Part shown: in pieces, positions 33,489 through 47,317 of the stretch
Position numbering within the stretch: position 1 is the stretch's first letter
How the letters are laid out: the number at the start of each line of letters is the position of its first letter
Origin: Macrostomum hystrix
Taxonomy: Eukaryota > Animalia > Platyhelminthes
DNA: 64,000 nucleotides
NCBI GenBank assembly: GCA_950097015.1
Contig: CATNEN010000015.1
Location: 992,001 to 1,056,000 of the forward strand
Reading direction: 5' to 3'
Notes under the pieces: model-generated
The model's input: only the letters and a program-made list of their open reading frames with translations
Database searches by the model: none
Told to the model about the DNA's origin: nothing
Made by a program: the position numbers and the translations under genes

Positions 33489-36297
33489 CTCTCAAAACTC
33501 ACCCAGGGAATCTCTCGACTCTCTTCTAGATAACTCCTCGAATCTCACCTAGAGAATCTCTCAAAACTCACCCAGGGAATCTCCCGACTCTCTTCTAGAT
33601 AACTCCTCGAATCTCACCTAGAGAATCTCTCAAAACTCACCCAGGGAATCTCTCGACTCTCTTCTAGATAACTCATCGAATCTCACCTAGAGAATCTCTC
33701 AAAACTCACCCAGGGAATCTCCCGACTCTCTTCTAGATAACTCCTCGAATCTCACCTAGAGAATCTCTCAAAACTCACCCAGGGAATCTCTCGACTCTCT
33801 TCTAGATAACTCCTCGAATCTCACCTAGAGAATCTCTCAAAACTCACCCAGGGAATCTCTCGACTCTCTTCTAGATAACTCCTCGAATCTCACCTAGAGA
33901 ATCTCTCAAAACTCACCCAGGGAATCTCTCGACTCTCTTCTAGATAACTCCTCGAATCTCACCTAGAGAATCTCTCAAAACTCACCCAGGGAATCTCTCG
34001 ACTCTCTTCTAGATAACTCCTCGAATCTCACCTAGAGAATCTCTCAAAACTCACCCAGGGAATCTCTCGACTCTCTTCTAGATAACTCCTCGAATCTCAC
34101 CTAGAGAATCTCTCAAAACTCACCCAGGGAATCTCTCGACTCTCTTCTAGATAACTCATCGAATCTCACCTAGAGAATCTCTCAAAACTCACCCAGGGAA
34201 TCTCTCGACTCTCTTCTAGATAACTCCTCGAATCTCACCTAGAGAATCTCTCAAAACTCACCCAGGGAATCTCTCGACTCTCTTCTAGATAACTCCTCGA
34301 ATCTCACCTAGAGAATCTCTCAAAACTCACCCAGGGAATCTCTCGACTCTCTTCTAGATAACTCCTCGAATCTCACCTAGAGAATCTCTCAAAACTCACC
34401 CAGGGAATCTCTTGACTCTCTTCTAGATAACTCCTCGAATCTCACCTAGAGAATCTCTCAAAACTCACCCAGGGAATCTCTCGACTCTCTTCTAGATAAC
34501 TCCTCGAATCTCACCTAGAGAATCTCTCAAAACTCACCCAGGGAATCTCTCGACTCTCTTCTAGATAACTCCTCGAATCTCACCTAGAGAATCTCTCAAA
34601 ACTCACCCAGGGAATCTCTCGACTCTCTTCTAGATAACTCCTCGAATCTCACCTAGAGAATCTCTCAAAACTCACCCAGGGAATCTCCCGACTCTCTTCT
34701 AGATAACTCCTCGAATCTCACCTAGAGAATCTCTCAAAACTCACCCAGGGAATCTCTCGACTCTCTTCTAGATAACTCCTCGAATCTCACCTAGAGAATC
34801 TCTCAAAACTCACCCAGGGAATCTCTCGACTCTCTTCTAGATAACTCCTCGAATCTCACCTAGAGAATCTCTCAAAACTCACCCAGGGAATCTCTCGACT
34901 CTCTTCTAGATAACTCATCGAATCTCACCTAGAGAATCTCTCAAAACTCACCCAGGGAATCTCTCGACTCTCTTCTAGATAACTCCTCGAATCTCACCTA
35001 GAGAATCTCTCAAAACTCACCCAGGGAATCTCTCGACTCTCTTCTAGATAACTCCTCGAATCTCACCTAGAGAATCTCTCAAAACTCACCCAGGGAATCT
35101 CTCGACTCTCTTCTAGATAACTCCTCGAATCTCACCTAGAGAATCTCTCAAAACTCACCCAGGGAATCTCTTGACTCTCTTCTAGATAACTCCTCGAATC
35201 TCACCTAGAGAATCTCTCAAAACTCACCCAGGGAATCTCTCGACTCTCTTCTAGATAACTCCTCGAATCTCACCTAGAGAATCTCTCAAAACTCACCCAG
35301 GGAATCTCTCGACTCTCTTCTAGATAACTCCTCGAATCTCACCTAGAGAATCTCTCAAAACTCACCCAGGGAATCTCTCGACTCTCTTCTAGATAACTCC
35401 TCGAATCTCACCTAGAGAATCTCTCAAAACTCACCCAGGGAATCTCCCGACTCTCTTCTAGATAACTCCTCGAATCTCACCTAGAGAATCTCTCAAAACT
35501 CACCCAGGGAATCTCTCGACTCTCTTCTAGATAACTCCTCGAATCTCACCTAGAGAATCTCTCAAAACTCACCCAGGGAATCTCTCGACTCTCTTCTAGA
35601 TAACTCCTCGAATCTCACCTAGAGAATCTCTCAAAACTCACCCAGGGAATCTCTCGACTCTCTTCTAGATAACTCCTCGAATCTCACCTAGAGAATCTCT
35701 CAAAACTCACCCTAGGAAATCTCTCGACTCTCTTCTAGATAACTCCTCGAATCTCACCTAGAGAATCTCTCAAAACTCACCCAGGGAATCTCTCGACTCT
35801 CTTTCTAGATAACTCCTCGAATCTCACCTAGAGAATCTCTCAAAACTCACCCAGGGAATCTCTCGACTCTCTTCTAGATAACTCCTCGAATCTCACCTAG
35901 AGAATCTCTCAAAACTCACCCAGGGAATCTCTCGACTCTCTTCTAGATAACTCCTCGAATCTCACCTAGAGAATCTCTCAAAACTCACCCAGGGAATCTC
36001 TCGACTCTCTTCTAGATAACTCCTCGAATCTCACCTAGAGAATCTCTCAAAGCTCACCCAGCGAACCTCTCGACTCTCTTCTAGATAACTCCTCGAATCT
36101 CACCTAGAGAATCTCTCAAAACTCACCCAGCGAACCTCTCGACTCTCTTCTAGATAACTCCTCGAATCTCACCTAGAGAATCTCTCAAAACTCACCCAGG
36201 GAATCTCTCGACTCTCTTTCTAGATAACTCCTCGAATCTCACCTAGAGAATCTCTCAAAACTCACCCAGGGAATCTCTCGACTCTCTTCTAGATAAT
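33489..36297. repeat. 69-bp satellite, ~41 highly homogeneous copies
   Basis: Unit CTCTCAAAACTCACCCAGGGAATCTCTCGACTCTCTTCTAGATAACTCCTCGAATCTCACCTAGAGAAT. Confidence 0.98.
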
Positions 36298-36464
36298 TCC
36301 TTTCTAGTTTTAACTATTGATTAGTTTCTGTATCGATTGATTTCCGTATCTATTAGTGTTAGAATCGATTGGTTTCCTTATCGATTTGTTTCAGCATTTA
36401 TTGGTTTAAGTATTGATTAGTTTCCTTATCGACTGGTTTCCTTATCGATTGATTTCTGCATCAA

Positions 36465-36620
36465 TCGATTTCTGTATTGATTGATTTCTGTATTGATTGA
36501 TTTCTGTATTGATTGATTTCTGTATTGATTGATTTCTGCATTGATTGATTTCTGTATTGATTGATTTCTGTATTGATTGATTTCTGTATTGATTGATTTC
36601 TGTATTGATTGATTTCTGTA
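36465..36620. repeat. 16-bp minisatellite
   Basis: Unit ATTGATTGATTTCTGT, about 9 copies, decaying leftward. Confidence 0.9.
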
Positions 36621-36956
36621 TCGCTGTACTTCCGTATCAAACGGTCCGCTAAGCTTCTGTGTTAGTAATTTGCACTTCACTCGGCCGAACATGCGTGCCC
36701 GTGTTTTTATACTGTAGTCATTCATGCGGGCAGCCACCCAACTGGGCAGTGGGGCACCGCCTTTAAGCGGCACCTCAGCGCTGCTCGGCTGCACCGCAGT
36801 CCCAGGGCCCGAGTTGATTTGCACGGGAGTAGATTGATTCGAAGCTGAGCTGCTGAATAATTGATCGCTCAGCGGACTTTGCGCACCTGCTCGGTGACGG
36901 GGAGATTTAAAAGTGCAGCAAGAGAAGGCTGAGCGATTTTTTTTGTGTGTGTGTTT

Positions 36957-37975
36957 GAGATTGAGCAGGGATTGCTGTAGCTGAGATTGAGCAGGGATTG
37001 CTGTAGCTGAGATTGAGCAGGGATTGCTGTAGCTGAGATTGAGCAGGGATTGCTGTATCTGAGATTGAGCAGGGATTGCTGTAGCTGAGATTGAGCAGGG
37101 ATTGCTGTAGCTGAGATTGATCAGGGATTGCTGTAGCTGAGATTGATCAGGGATTGCTGTAGCTGAGATTGATCAGGGATTGCTGTAGCTGAGATTGAGC
37201 AGGGATTGCTGTAGCTGAGATTGAGCAGGGATTGCTGTAGCTGAGATTGAGCAGGGATTGCTGTAGCTGAGATTGAGCAGGGATTGCTGTAGCTGAGATT
37301 GAGCAGGGATTGCTGAAGCTGAGATTGATCAGGGATTGCTGTAGCTGAGATTGATCAGGGATTGCTGTAGCTGAGATTGAGCAGGGATTGCTGTAGCTGA
37401 GATTGAGCAGGGATTGCTGTAGCTGAGATTGAGCAGGGATTGCTGTAGCTGAGATTGAGCAGGGATTTCTGTACCTGAGATTGAGCAGGGATTGCTGTAG
37501 CTGAGATTGAGCAGGGATTGCTGTAGCTGAGATTGATCAGGGATTGCTGTAGCTGAGATTGATCAGGGATTGCTGTAGCTGAGATTGATCAGGGATTGCT
37601 GTAGCTGAGATTGAGCAGGGATTGCTGTAGCTGAGATTGAGCAGGGATTGCTGTAGCTGAGATTGAGCAGGGATTGCTGTAGCTGAGATTGAGCAGGGAT
37701 TGCTGTAGCTGAGATTGAGCAGGGATTGCTGAAGCTGAGATTGATCAGGGATTGCTGTAGCTGAGATTGATCAGGGATTGCTGTAGCTGAGATTGAGCAG
37801 GGATTGCTGTAGCTGAGATTGAGCAGGGATTGCTGTAGCTGAGATTGAGCAGGGATTGCTGTAGCTGAGATTGAGCAGGGATTGCTGTAGCTGAGATTGA
37901 GCAGGGATTGCTGAAGCTGAGATTGATCAGGGATTGCTGTAGCTGAGATTGATCAGGGATTTCTGTAGCTGAGAT
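36957..37975. repeat. 26-bp minisatellite (~39 copies)
   Basis: Unit GAGATTGAGCAGGGATTGCTGTAGCT. Confidence 0.97.
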
Positions 37976-40623
37976 CGAGTATTGATTGGATGACTTAATG
38001 AGTTCTCCAATGAGCAGAGCTGGTGTTGTTGCATGTGATGGCCCAGGTGCTAGACTGAGGTAAAGTGTATGCAATCAGCTACACCGTGGCTTCAGCCCTG
38101 GCTACAAATTCTGATTGCTATCCGGGGGGCATTGCAGGTGCTGGCTCCGCTGCACCTTTCGATATGCTCTGCTGGCACGGAATCCCCACTCGCTCTGTGG
38201 ACAAACTGGGCTGCGGGTGGGTGGGTGGGTGGGGGCATTGATGAGGGAAAGACTGCGGCATCCCCGGGAGAAGACTCAGCTTCCTCCGCCTCCCCAGCCT
38301 CCGAGTCTGTCTAATTATCCTCCCACCCAGCGCATCCCCCCTGAATCGCCATCTCGGCTTGCCAGGTAAGTCACGGGGTCACTGATCTGCGCCCGCAATC
38401 AACCAGAGACCTGAGCTTGCGGATTCCCAGAGCAGCGAAATACTCTGGGGCTGCCAACTGACTCGATCTACTCACGCCCGAACTCTTCTGCTCTTCCAGA
38501 CCTCGAGTCTGCTCCATTGTTTCTTGAGCATTTCTCCGGCACGGGTGCTCAGCTGCAAGTGTCTGCTCTGTCTGCAGTGCCTAAATTAATAACTCAAATA
38601 CCTAGAATTGACTGGTGGCTGTGATTGGGGAGAGATTCGGTGAGACTGCGCTGAGATTCAGTGAGACCGGGAGTGAGAATAGTGAGACTGGGTGAGATTC
38701 ATTGAGACTGGGGTGAGATTCAGTGAGACCGGAGTGAGAATAGTGAGACTAGGGTGAGATTCAGTGAGACTGGGGTGAGATTCAGCGAGATGGTGATGAG
38801 ATTTGTTGAGGCTGCATTGAAATTTATGTAGGCTAGGATAGTATATATTGAGAGTAGCAAATGAGACTAATTATTAAAGCTACGATAAGCAGGAGAGTAA
38901 AGTGCGGATTTAAGCTGGCTAATGCCTGTGTAGAATAAGATCCGTATTCAAAATTTGAGTCGCTCCGGCAAGAAATGCTTTAAAAAAGCGATGGACGGAG
39001 CTGAATAGGACCGCAGGTAGACCGAGAAATGAAAATGTTTCAAAGCAGCGATTCTGCTCAAAGGCTACCCAGATAAGCCGGGGGGCGGATGCTGGGTAGC
39101 TGCATCCCCGGGATTACTCCATCGGCCCCTCGAGCAGCCCTCAGCCGAGAGTCCCCGCCCACCGCGCCGTTTGATGAATTGATTTTTTGCTAGCTAGCGA
39201 CATCGCATCGGAATGGGAGAAATGCAAAACACACTCACTCACACACCGGGACAACAAACCGGCGGCCTCCCATTCTGGCGCTGAAATCTCTTTGTTTCAT
39301 CAGCTTCTGCACCCCGCTACCCCACGTCTGCATCTGTCTTTGGAAATGCCTCCGAGCCTTTCACTAGTTCAGGCTTCTCCCAACTGAACTGAGAACACGC
39401 AGCTTTTGAGGGGGGAGGCACCGGGGCAGCTCAGTATTGGCAGCATTCGGTTAGGCCTGGCCTGCAGACTTCTCTGAATCTGGAGAACTGTGCCCCCCAC
39501 CCTGCTCAGCCAACCAACCCGCCTCATGCCAGCCTGCCCGCAATGCGTTACCACCCGTCGTCCTCTCGCCGGCCCCCCGACCTCCCCCCGCCCGGCCCAA
39601 CCCGCGCGTGGCAGATTTCTATGCGGACCCGAGGAAGGGAGAGCCGACAGATCCACCTGCCAGTCAGCCAGCCAGCCAGTTGCAAACACAACAGCAGCAG
39701 CAGCAGCAGGCACCTGAGATTTGTGCCTCGCCTTATCCCACGCGAAATAAAACTCTGACTGACCGGCCCGCGGCATCCGAGCCTGCGAGAATTCGTCGAC
39801 AGTTCCCGACCGAGCTCAAAAACCGCTGAGCACAGGTTGGTGTCAGATTGATTGTTTTGTTTCACTATCCCACTGAGTCTGCCCGCCTTCCATTAATGTT
39901 TGTTGCCATGGCAATGCTAGTAGTTGCAGCAGCAGCAGCAGCAGCAGCTTAATCGCGATAAAATAAATTTGCAAAAGCTTTAGCTCCTCGCATCCCCGCC
40001 TCCGGCGGCTCCCTCTCTGTTTCCTTCTCGCAGCAAACTCCGACAGCAATCAATACCTGCAGTTCAAAGTACCTCCTCACGGCTTGCCCGCACTACCCGC
40101 CCCAGTCGAGGCGCTGGTGGAACTTTGTCTTACTCTGCTGCTTCTGCATTGTGCCGCTTGCCGCTTTGAGATGGATAGATGTGATAACAAAGGGCAGCGA
40201 TGGGATTTGAAATGGTGATAGGATTACGAATTGGGATCAAAATGGGGATGGTAAAATGGTAAAATATGGGACTAGAAATCGTAGTGAGGCAGAAAGCCTT
40301 TATATTTGCTAGTAGGAGCGGCAGCAAAGGTAGTGGCAGCATCAGTGCTGCATTGTGCATAAATTTATATTTACAACTAGCGCGAAAAAGAGGGACCTTG
40401 GGAGACGCGTGACAAACTTAGCCAGCCAAACCCCCCGGCTTAGCGATTCGGCTGGCTGGGCTGCACCAACCCCGCCTCAAGTAGATGGAGGTTGAGGGTT
40501 TTGAGTGCGGCTGCACTGGCGCTCATCAGCTTTGTGCCATAGACAAACCGGAACAAAGCGACACTTGTCAGATGAACTCTAGTTTTTTGAGATTGGGTTC
40601 TATAAAAACACATTTACTTAATT

Positions 40624-41345
40624 AGGATGGGAAATTAAGATAAGGGATGGGAGATTTAGGGATGGAATGGAAGGTTTCGAGGAGGTTGTGGGATGGGATG
40701 GGAGATTTAAAGACGGGATGGGAGATTTAGGGATGTCATGGGAGATTAAGAGACAGGATGGGAGATTTAGAGCGGGATGGGAGATTTGGGGATGGGATGG
40801 GAGATTTAGGGACGGGATGCGAGATTTAAGGATGGGATGGGAGATTTAGGGATGGGATGGGAGATTTAGGGATACGATAGGAGATTTAGGGATGTGATGG
40901 GAGATTTAGAGATGGGATGGGAGATTTGGGGATGGGATGGGAGATTTGGGGATGGGATGGGAGATTTAGGGACGGGATGCGAGATTTAAGGATGGGATGG
41001 GAGATTTAGGGATACGATGGGAGATTTAGGGATGTGATGTGAGATTTAGAGACGGGATGCGAGATTTAGAGATGGGATGGGAGATTTGGGAATGGGATGG
41101 GAGATTTAGGGATACGATGGGAGATTTAGGGATGTGATGGGAGATTTAGAGACGGGATGCGAGATTTAGAGATGGGATGGGAGATTTGGGAATGGGATGG
41201 GAGATTTAGGGACGGGATGCGAGATTTAAGGATGGGATGGGAGATTTAGGGATACGATGGGAGGTTTAGGGATGTAATGGTAGATTTACGGACGGGATGG
41301 AAGGTTTAGTCATGGAATGGGAGATTTAGAAACGGTAATAGATTG
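40624..41345. repeat. 20-bp G-rich minisatellite
   Basis: Unit GGGATGGGATGGGAGATTTA with variants. Confidence 0.92.
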
Positions 41346-41794
41346 GGATTTTAAGAGGTGGGATGGGAGATTAGGTGATGAGACAGACATAACAAAGTGA
41401 CCTTGCTGCTTGGTCTGTAAGCAGCTGCACTAAAAAAATTAATAATGGGGCAAATGGAAGATAATTAGTGAACACGTGCTGGGGGTTCAAATTCATGGCA
41501 CGAAGGCGGACTGCAAAAAAATAATTTGGCATATTTAAGGCATTAATAAATCCTTGCTAATACCTGCTTTCAGAGCAGTAATCCCAACTTCAAAGGCCGT
41601 AAGACAAAAACATACCACAATTTCTAACAAGCTTACCAAAGATAAACGGCTCTAATCCCACTAACGCCATCCCATCCAATTATTGAAAGTCTGACTTAAA
41701 AGTCTTAAATAAAAATCCTACTCAGTTAACTAGAATCCCATTCAATGAAGTAAAATTGTTCACAGGAAACTAAAATCCTAACTAAACATCCCAC

Positions 41795-42372
41795 TTCCCA
41801 AATTGCAATCACATCTCCCAAACCTGCATCCCATTTCCCAAACCTGCATCCCATTTCCCAAACCTGCATCCCATTTCCCAAACCTGCATCCCATTTCCCA
41901 AACCTGCATCCCATTTCCCAAACCTGCATCCCATTTCCCAAACCTGCATCCCATTTCCCAAACCTGCATCCCATTTCCCATACCTGCATCCCATTTCCCA
42001 AACCTGCATCCCATTTCCCAAACCTGCATCCCATTTCCCAAACCTGCATCCCATTTCCCAAACCTGCATCCCATTTCCCAAACCTGCATCCCATTTCCCA
42101 AACCTGCATCCCATTTCCCAAACCTGCATCCCATTTCCCAAACCTGCATCCCATTTCCCAAACCTGCATCCCATTTCCCATACCTGCATCCCATTTCCCA
42201 AACCTGCATCCCATTTCCCAAACCTGCATCCCATTTCCCAAACCTGCATCCCATTTCCCAAACCTGCATCCCATTTCCCAAACCTGCATCCCATTTCCCA
42301 AACCTGCATCCCATTTCCCAAACCTGCATCCCATTTCCCAAACCTGCATCCCATTTCCCAAACCTGCATCCC
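41795..42372. repeat. 20-bp C-rich minisatellite (~28 copies) abutting the acceptor of RasGRF coding exon 1
   Basis: Unit AAACCTGCATCCCATTTCCC, ending about 20 bp before CAACAG|GCCAGATG. Confidence 0.97.
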
Positions 42373-42396
42373 GTTCTCCGCGCACCAACAGGCCAG

Positions 42397-45300
42397 ATGC
42401 AGAAGGCGATCCGGGTAAACGACTCACAGCTGTTGCACCTGTCGCAGAAGGCGCGGAGCGGCTCGGCCAGTCAGTCGGGCTGGCTGCACAAGCGCAGTTT
42501 GGACACGGGCAAGTGGCAGCTGCGCTACTTCGTGCTCTACCAGAACCTGCTGTTCTACTATGACAGCGACAAGTCCGAGCGGCCCTCCGGTCTGGCCCTG
42601 CTCGAGGGCTCCTACTGTGACAAGTACTTGTCACTGAAACTGGTGGACAGGACTGAGAGGCAGCAGTACGCAGTGCGTGTTTCAAAGAAAATTTTCATTT
42701 ACTCCTCTTTTGACATAACATCTCACTCATGACGCAACATCCATGATCCCAAGTGTTAGACATCCAAGATCCCAAGTGTTAGACATCCAAGATCCCAAGT
42801 GTTAGACATCCAAGATCCCAAGTGTTAGACATCCAAGATCCTAAGTGTTAGACATCCAAGATCCCAAGTGTTAGACATCCAAGATCCCAAGTGTGAGACA
42901 TCAAAGATCCCAAGTGTTAGACATCCAAGATCCCAAGTGTTAGACATCCAAGATCCCAAGTGTTAGACATCCAAGATCCCAAGTGCTTGACATCCAAGAT
43001 CCCAAGTGTTAGACATCCAAGATCCCAAGTGTTAGACATCCAAGATCTCAAGTGTGAGACATCCAAGATCCCAAGTGTGAGACATCCAAGATCCCAAGTG
43101 TTAGACATCCAAGATCCCAAGTGTTAGACATCCAAGATCCCAAGTGTGAGACATTTAAGATCCCAAGTGTTAGACATCCAAGATCTCAAGTGTTAGACAT
43201 CCAAGATCCCAAGTGTTAGACATCCAAGATCCCAAGTGTTAGACATCCAAGATCCCAAGTGTTAGACATCCAAGATCCCAAGTGTTAGACATCCAAGATC
43301 CCAAGTGTGAGACATCCAAGATCTCAAGTGTTAGATATCCAAGATCCCAAGTGTTAGACATCCAAGATCCCAAGTGTTAGACATCCAAGATCCCAAGTGT
43401 TAGACATCCAAGATCCCAAGTGTTAGACATCAAAGATCCCAAGTGTTAGACATCCAAGATCTCAAGTGTGAGACATCCAAGATCTCAAGTGTTAGACATC
43501 CAAGATCTCAAGTGTTAGACATCCAAGATCTCAAGTGCTAGACATCCAAGATCCCAAGTGTTAGACATCCAAGATCTCAAGTGTGAGACATCCAAGATCT
43601 CAAGTGTGAGACATCCAAGATCCCAAGTGTTAGACATCCAAGATCCCAAGTGTGAGACATCCAAGATCTCAAGTGTTAGACATCCAAGATCTCAAGTGTT
43701 AGACATCCAAGATCTCAAGTGTGAGACATCCAAGATCTCAAGTGTTAGACATCCAAGATCTCAAGTGTTAGACATCCAAGATCCCAAGTGTGAGACATCC
43801 AAGATCTCAAGTGTTAGACATCCAAGATCCCAAGTGTGAGACATCCAAGATCTCAAGTGTGAGACATCCAAGATCTCAAGTGTTAGACATCCAAGATCCC
43901 AAGTGTTAGACATCCAAGATCCCAAGTGTTAGACATCCAAGATCCCAAGTGTTAGACATCCAAGATCTCAAGTGTGAGACATCCAAGATCCCAAGTGTGA
44001 GACATCCACGATCCCAAGTGTTAGACATCCAAGATCCCAAGTGTTAGACATCCAAGATCCCAAGTGTGAGACATCCAAGATCCCAAGTGTTAGACATCCA
44101 AGATCTCAAGTGTTAGACATCCAAGATCCCAAGTGTTAGACATCCAAGATCCCAAGTGTTAGACATCCAAGATCCCAAGTGTTAGACATCCAAGATCCCA
44201 AGTGTTAGACATCCAAGATCCCAAGTGTTAGACATCCAAGATCCCAAGTGTGAGACATCCAAGATCCCAAGTGTGAGACATCCAAGATCTCAAGTGTTAG
44301 ACATCCAAGATCCCAAGTGTTAGACATCCAAGATCCCAAGTGTTAGACATCCAAGATCCCAAGTGTTAGACATCAAAGATCCCAAGTGTTAGACATCCAA
44401 GATCCCAAGTGTGAGACATCCAAGATCTCAAGTGTTAGACATCCAAGATCTCAAGTGTTAGACATCCAAGATCTCAAGTGTGAGACATCCAAGATCCCAA
44501 GTGTTAGACATCCAAGATCTCAAGTGTGAGACATCCAAGATCTCAAGTGTGAGACATCCAAGATCTCAAGTGTTAGACATCCAAGATCCCAAGTGTGAGA
44601 CATCCAAGATCTCAAGTGTTAGACATCCAAGATCCCAAATGTGAGACATCCAAGATCTCAAGTGTTAGACATCCAAGATCTCAAGTGTTAGACATCCAAG
44701 ATCTCAAGTGTGAGACATCCAAGATCTCAAGTGTTAGACATCCAAGATCTCAAGTGTGAGACATCCAAGATCTCAAGTGTTAGACATCCAAGATCTCAAG
44801 TGTTAGACATCCAAGATCCCAAGTGTGAGACATCCAAGATCTCAAGTGTTAGACATCCAAGATCCCAAGTGTGAGACATCCAAGATCTCAAGTGTGAGAC
44901 ATCCAAGATCTCAAGTGTTAGACATCCAAGATCCCAAGTGTTAGACATCCAAGATCCCAAGTGTTAGACATCCAAGATCCCAGGTGTTAGACATCCAAGA
45001 TCTCAAGTGTTAGACATCCAAGATCCCAAGTGTTAGACATCCAAGATCTCAAGTGTTAGACATCCAAGATCTCAAGTGTGAGACATCCAAGATCTCAAGT
45101 GTGAGACATCCAAGATCTCAAGTGTGAGACATCCAAGATCCCAAGTGTTAGACATCCAAGATCTCAAGTGTGAGACATCCAAGATCTCAAGTGTGAGACA
45201 TCCAAGATCTCAAGTGTGAGACATTCAAGATCTCAAGTGTTAGACATCCAAGATCTCAAGTGTGAGACATCCAAGATCTCAAGTGTGAGACATCCAAGAT

Positions 45301-47278
45301 CCCAAGTGTTAGACATCCAAGATCTCAAGTGTGAGACATCCAAGATCTCAAGTGTGAGACATCCAAGATCTCAAGTGTTAGACATCCAAGATCTCAAGTG
45401 TGAGACATCCAAGATCTCAAGTGTGAGACATTCAAGATCTCAAGTGTGAGACATCCAAGATCTCAAGTGTGAGACATCCAAGATCCCTCTGTTGCAACCC
45501 TATGTCGTCTTTCGTCTGAAGTTCGGGCGCTGAGTCCCTGGGGAGTTGAAAAGCACTCCAAGATGAGCAGTTGTTTCGCGCTCGAGTTTTTATCTCTCTC
45601 TTTTGCTCAGTGCAAGCGACTTCAAACGGCCGGTCGATAAATATTTCATGGCAAAAAAATTTCCCACGAGGTGGACGACAAATATCGAGCAGAGAAGGAA
45701 GACGAGGCAAATTTGGGGAGGAGGGCCAGTGACGAGACACGGAAGAGACTGAGCAGAATTCGAGGGACTTTGTTAAAAATTCTTCCCCTAGCTAGCCTGA
45801 GATATCCCATTAGTCGCCAAGCTTTCAGCAGAAATAGAGCTCGGCTGAGCAGAGAGACTGCTCCAGCCTGATCGCCGCTCCGGCTTTGCTTTGAGGCGCG
45901 CGCTAATGAGCACCGCTGCATGGGGTCCGTCTGAGTACAGCTCTCCGAGTGTGACCGCTTTGAAGTTGAGCACGCCTGGCAGCCAACCCGCTGTTCACTT
46001 GTTGCTCATTCGCTTCACAGATAACTGGTCATTTGAGTTAGTCATGTGACTATCAGGAAAAGTTAGGGATCAGTGGCCACATTCATTTGGGTCACAGTCG
46101 TGGAGTGAAGGCTTGGGGGCTTGACGACGAGAAAGTCAGGGCAGATGTACACACCTGTGAGAGCGTGTGCCTGCGTACGGTTCTGTGTGCGTGTGTGCTC
46201 AGGTGTCAGCGAAATGGGCAGAATTGTCTCTTCGCTGGCAGAATTGTCTAGTGTCACCAAATGATGTGCCATTGCCCGCAGTCCTCCTAAAATGAATATT
46301 TTTATAGGGGAGATTAAAAGGAAAATTTGTTATGACCAGACTCAAATTTAAGAGTATGATTGAGAAGAAATTGAGCAGAGTATGGCACCCAGAAGCTAGC
46401 TTGTTAAAAACTAAACTAGAACATTGTCCTGCGAAAACATTCGGGGCTCACTAGCGATCGATAATAGTCGATAAAAAATTGGTGGGGGATCGAGATAACT
46501 GGGCCTGACTGGCGTGGGGTTGGCGCACAGCGGGACGGAAAAAATCGATAATAAATTGCGTGTATGGTCACGCAGACTACAGTGGGGCTAGAGAAGCAAA
46601 GTGCAATGTGACGAAATGCAACGTGCATCTACTGGACAGCAAAATCAAGTCTACATGCTCGGTAATTTTGAATAATTCGGTTGGCTCGCAGACCAGCCCT
46701 CACTGATTTTCATTACTTCAACTCGACCGCTTTGTTGCCATGCGGATTAAATAAATTCAGCTAAGGAGGCCCGGGCGGGCAGCCCTGTGTCTCAGATTCG
46801 GCTGGACTCAATTCATCCGGCTTGCGACCAAATGGCTGGCTGAAAATTTCTGTCACGAATTTCGCCTGAACCTCATGCCCCTAGTTGCATCCTGCTGCTG
46901 CTTCTAAGCTACATCCCTCTCTTCTACGCACTCACTCACTCTCCATTCTGCTCAAATTCTCAGGAGGCAAAGATAATGCCCAGCTGCTCTGTCCTGTAGC
47001 AAGCGGCCAAGAAGCGATTCTGCTAACTGACTCGCTGTGCCAGTCTGCCCGACTAGGCTGAGAGATATCTCATTTCAGTGGCTCGCCCTGAGGGGAGAAA
47101 AATGCTTGGCCGAGGGAGTCCCGGGGATGCGGTCGCCCCCCCCCCGGCCTCCCATCCGCTCTCACCGCTTTCCCTCGCGCGTAGAGCATTTCCGATCCGA
47201 GGTGAGGCCGATCGCTCTATCGGCCTTCTCAACTGCTCCGTACTAACGGAATCAAGCTGCCCCTCCCTTCCCCTCTCT

Positions 47279-47317
<39 letters not shown>

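Noticed and set aside
33489-36297. CRISPR-like regular repeats (also the other arrays)
   Set aside because: Units are head-to-tail with no unique spacers, there are no cas genes, and the context is eukaryotic.
41726-42396. Repeat-encoded N-terminal extension of RasGRF (ORF 41803-42732)
   Set aside because: There is an acceptor at 42391 and the conserved start MQKAIR begins at 42397.
42385-42399. Spliced-leader trans-splice acceptor just before the RasGRF ATG
   Set aside because: Cannot be told apart from cis-splicing; a candidate upstream donor exists at 38365 (CAG|GTAAGT).
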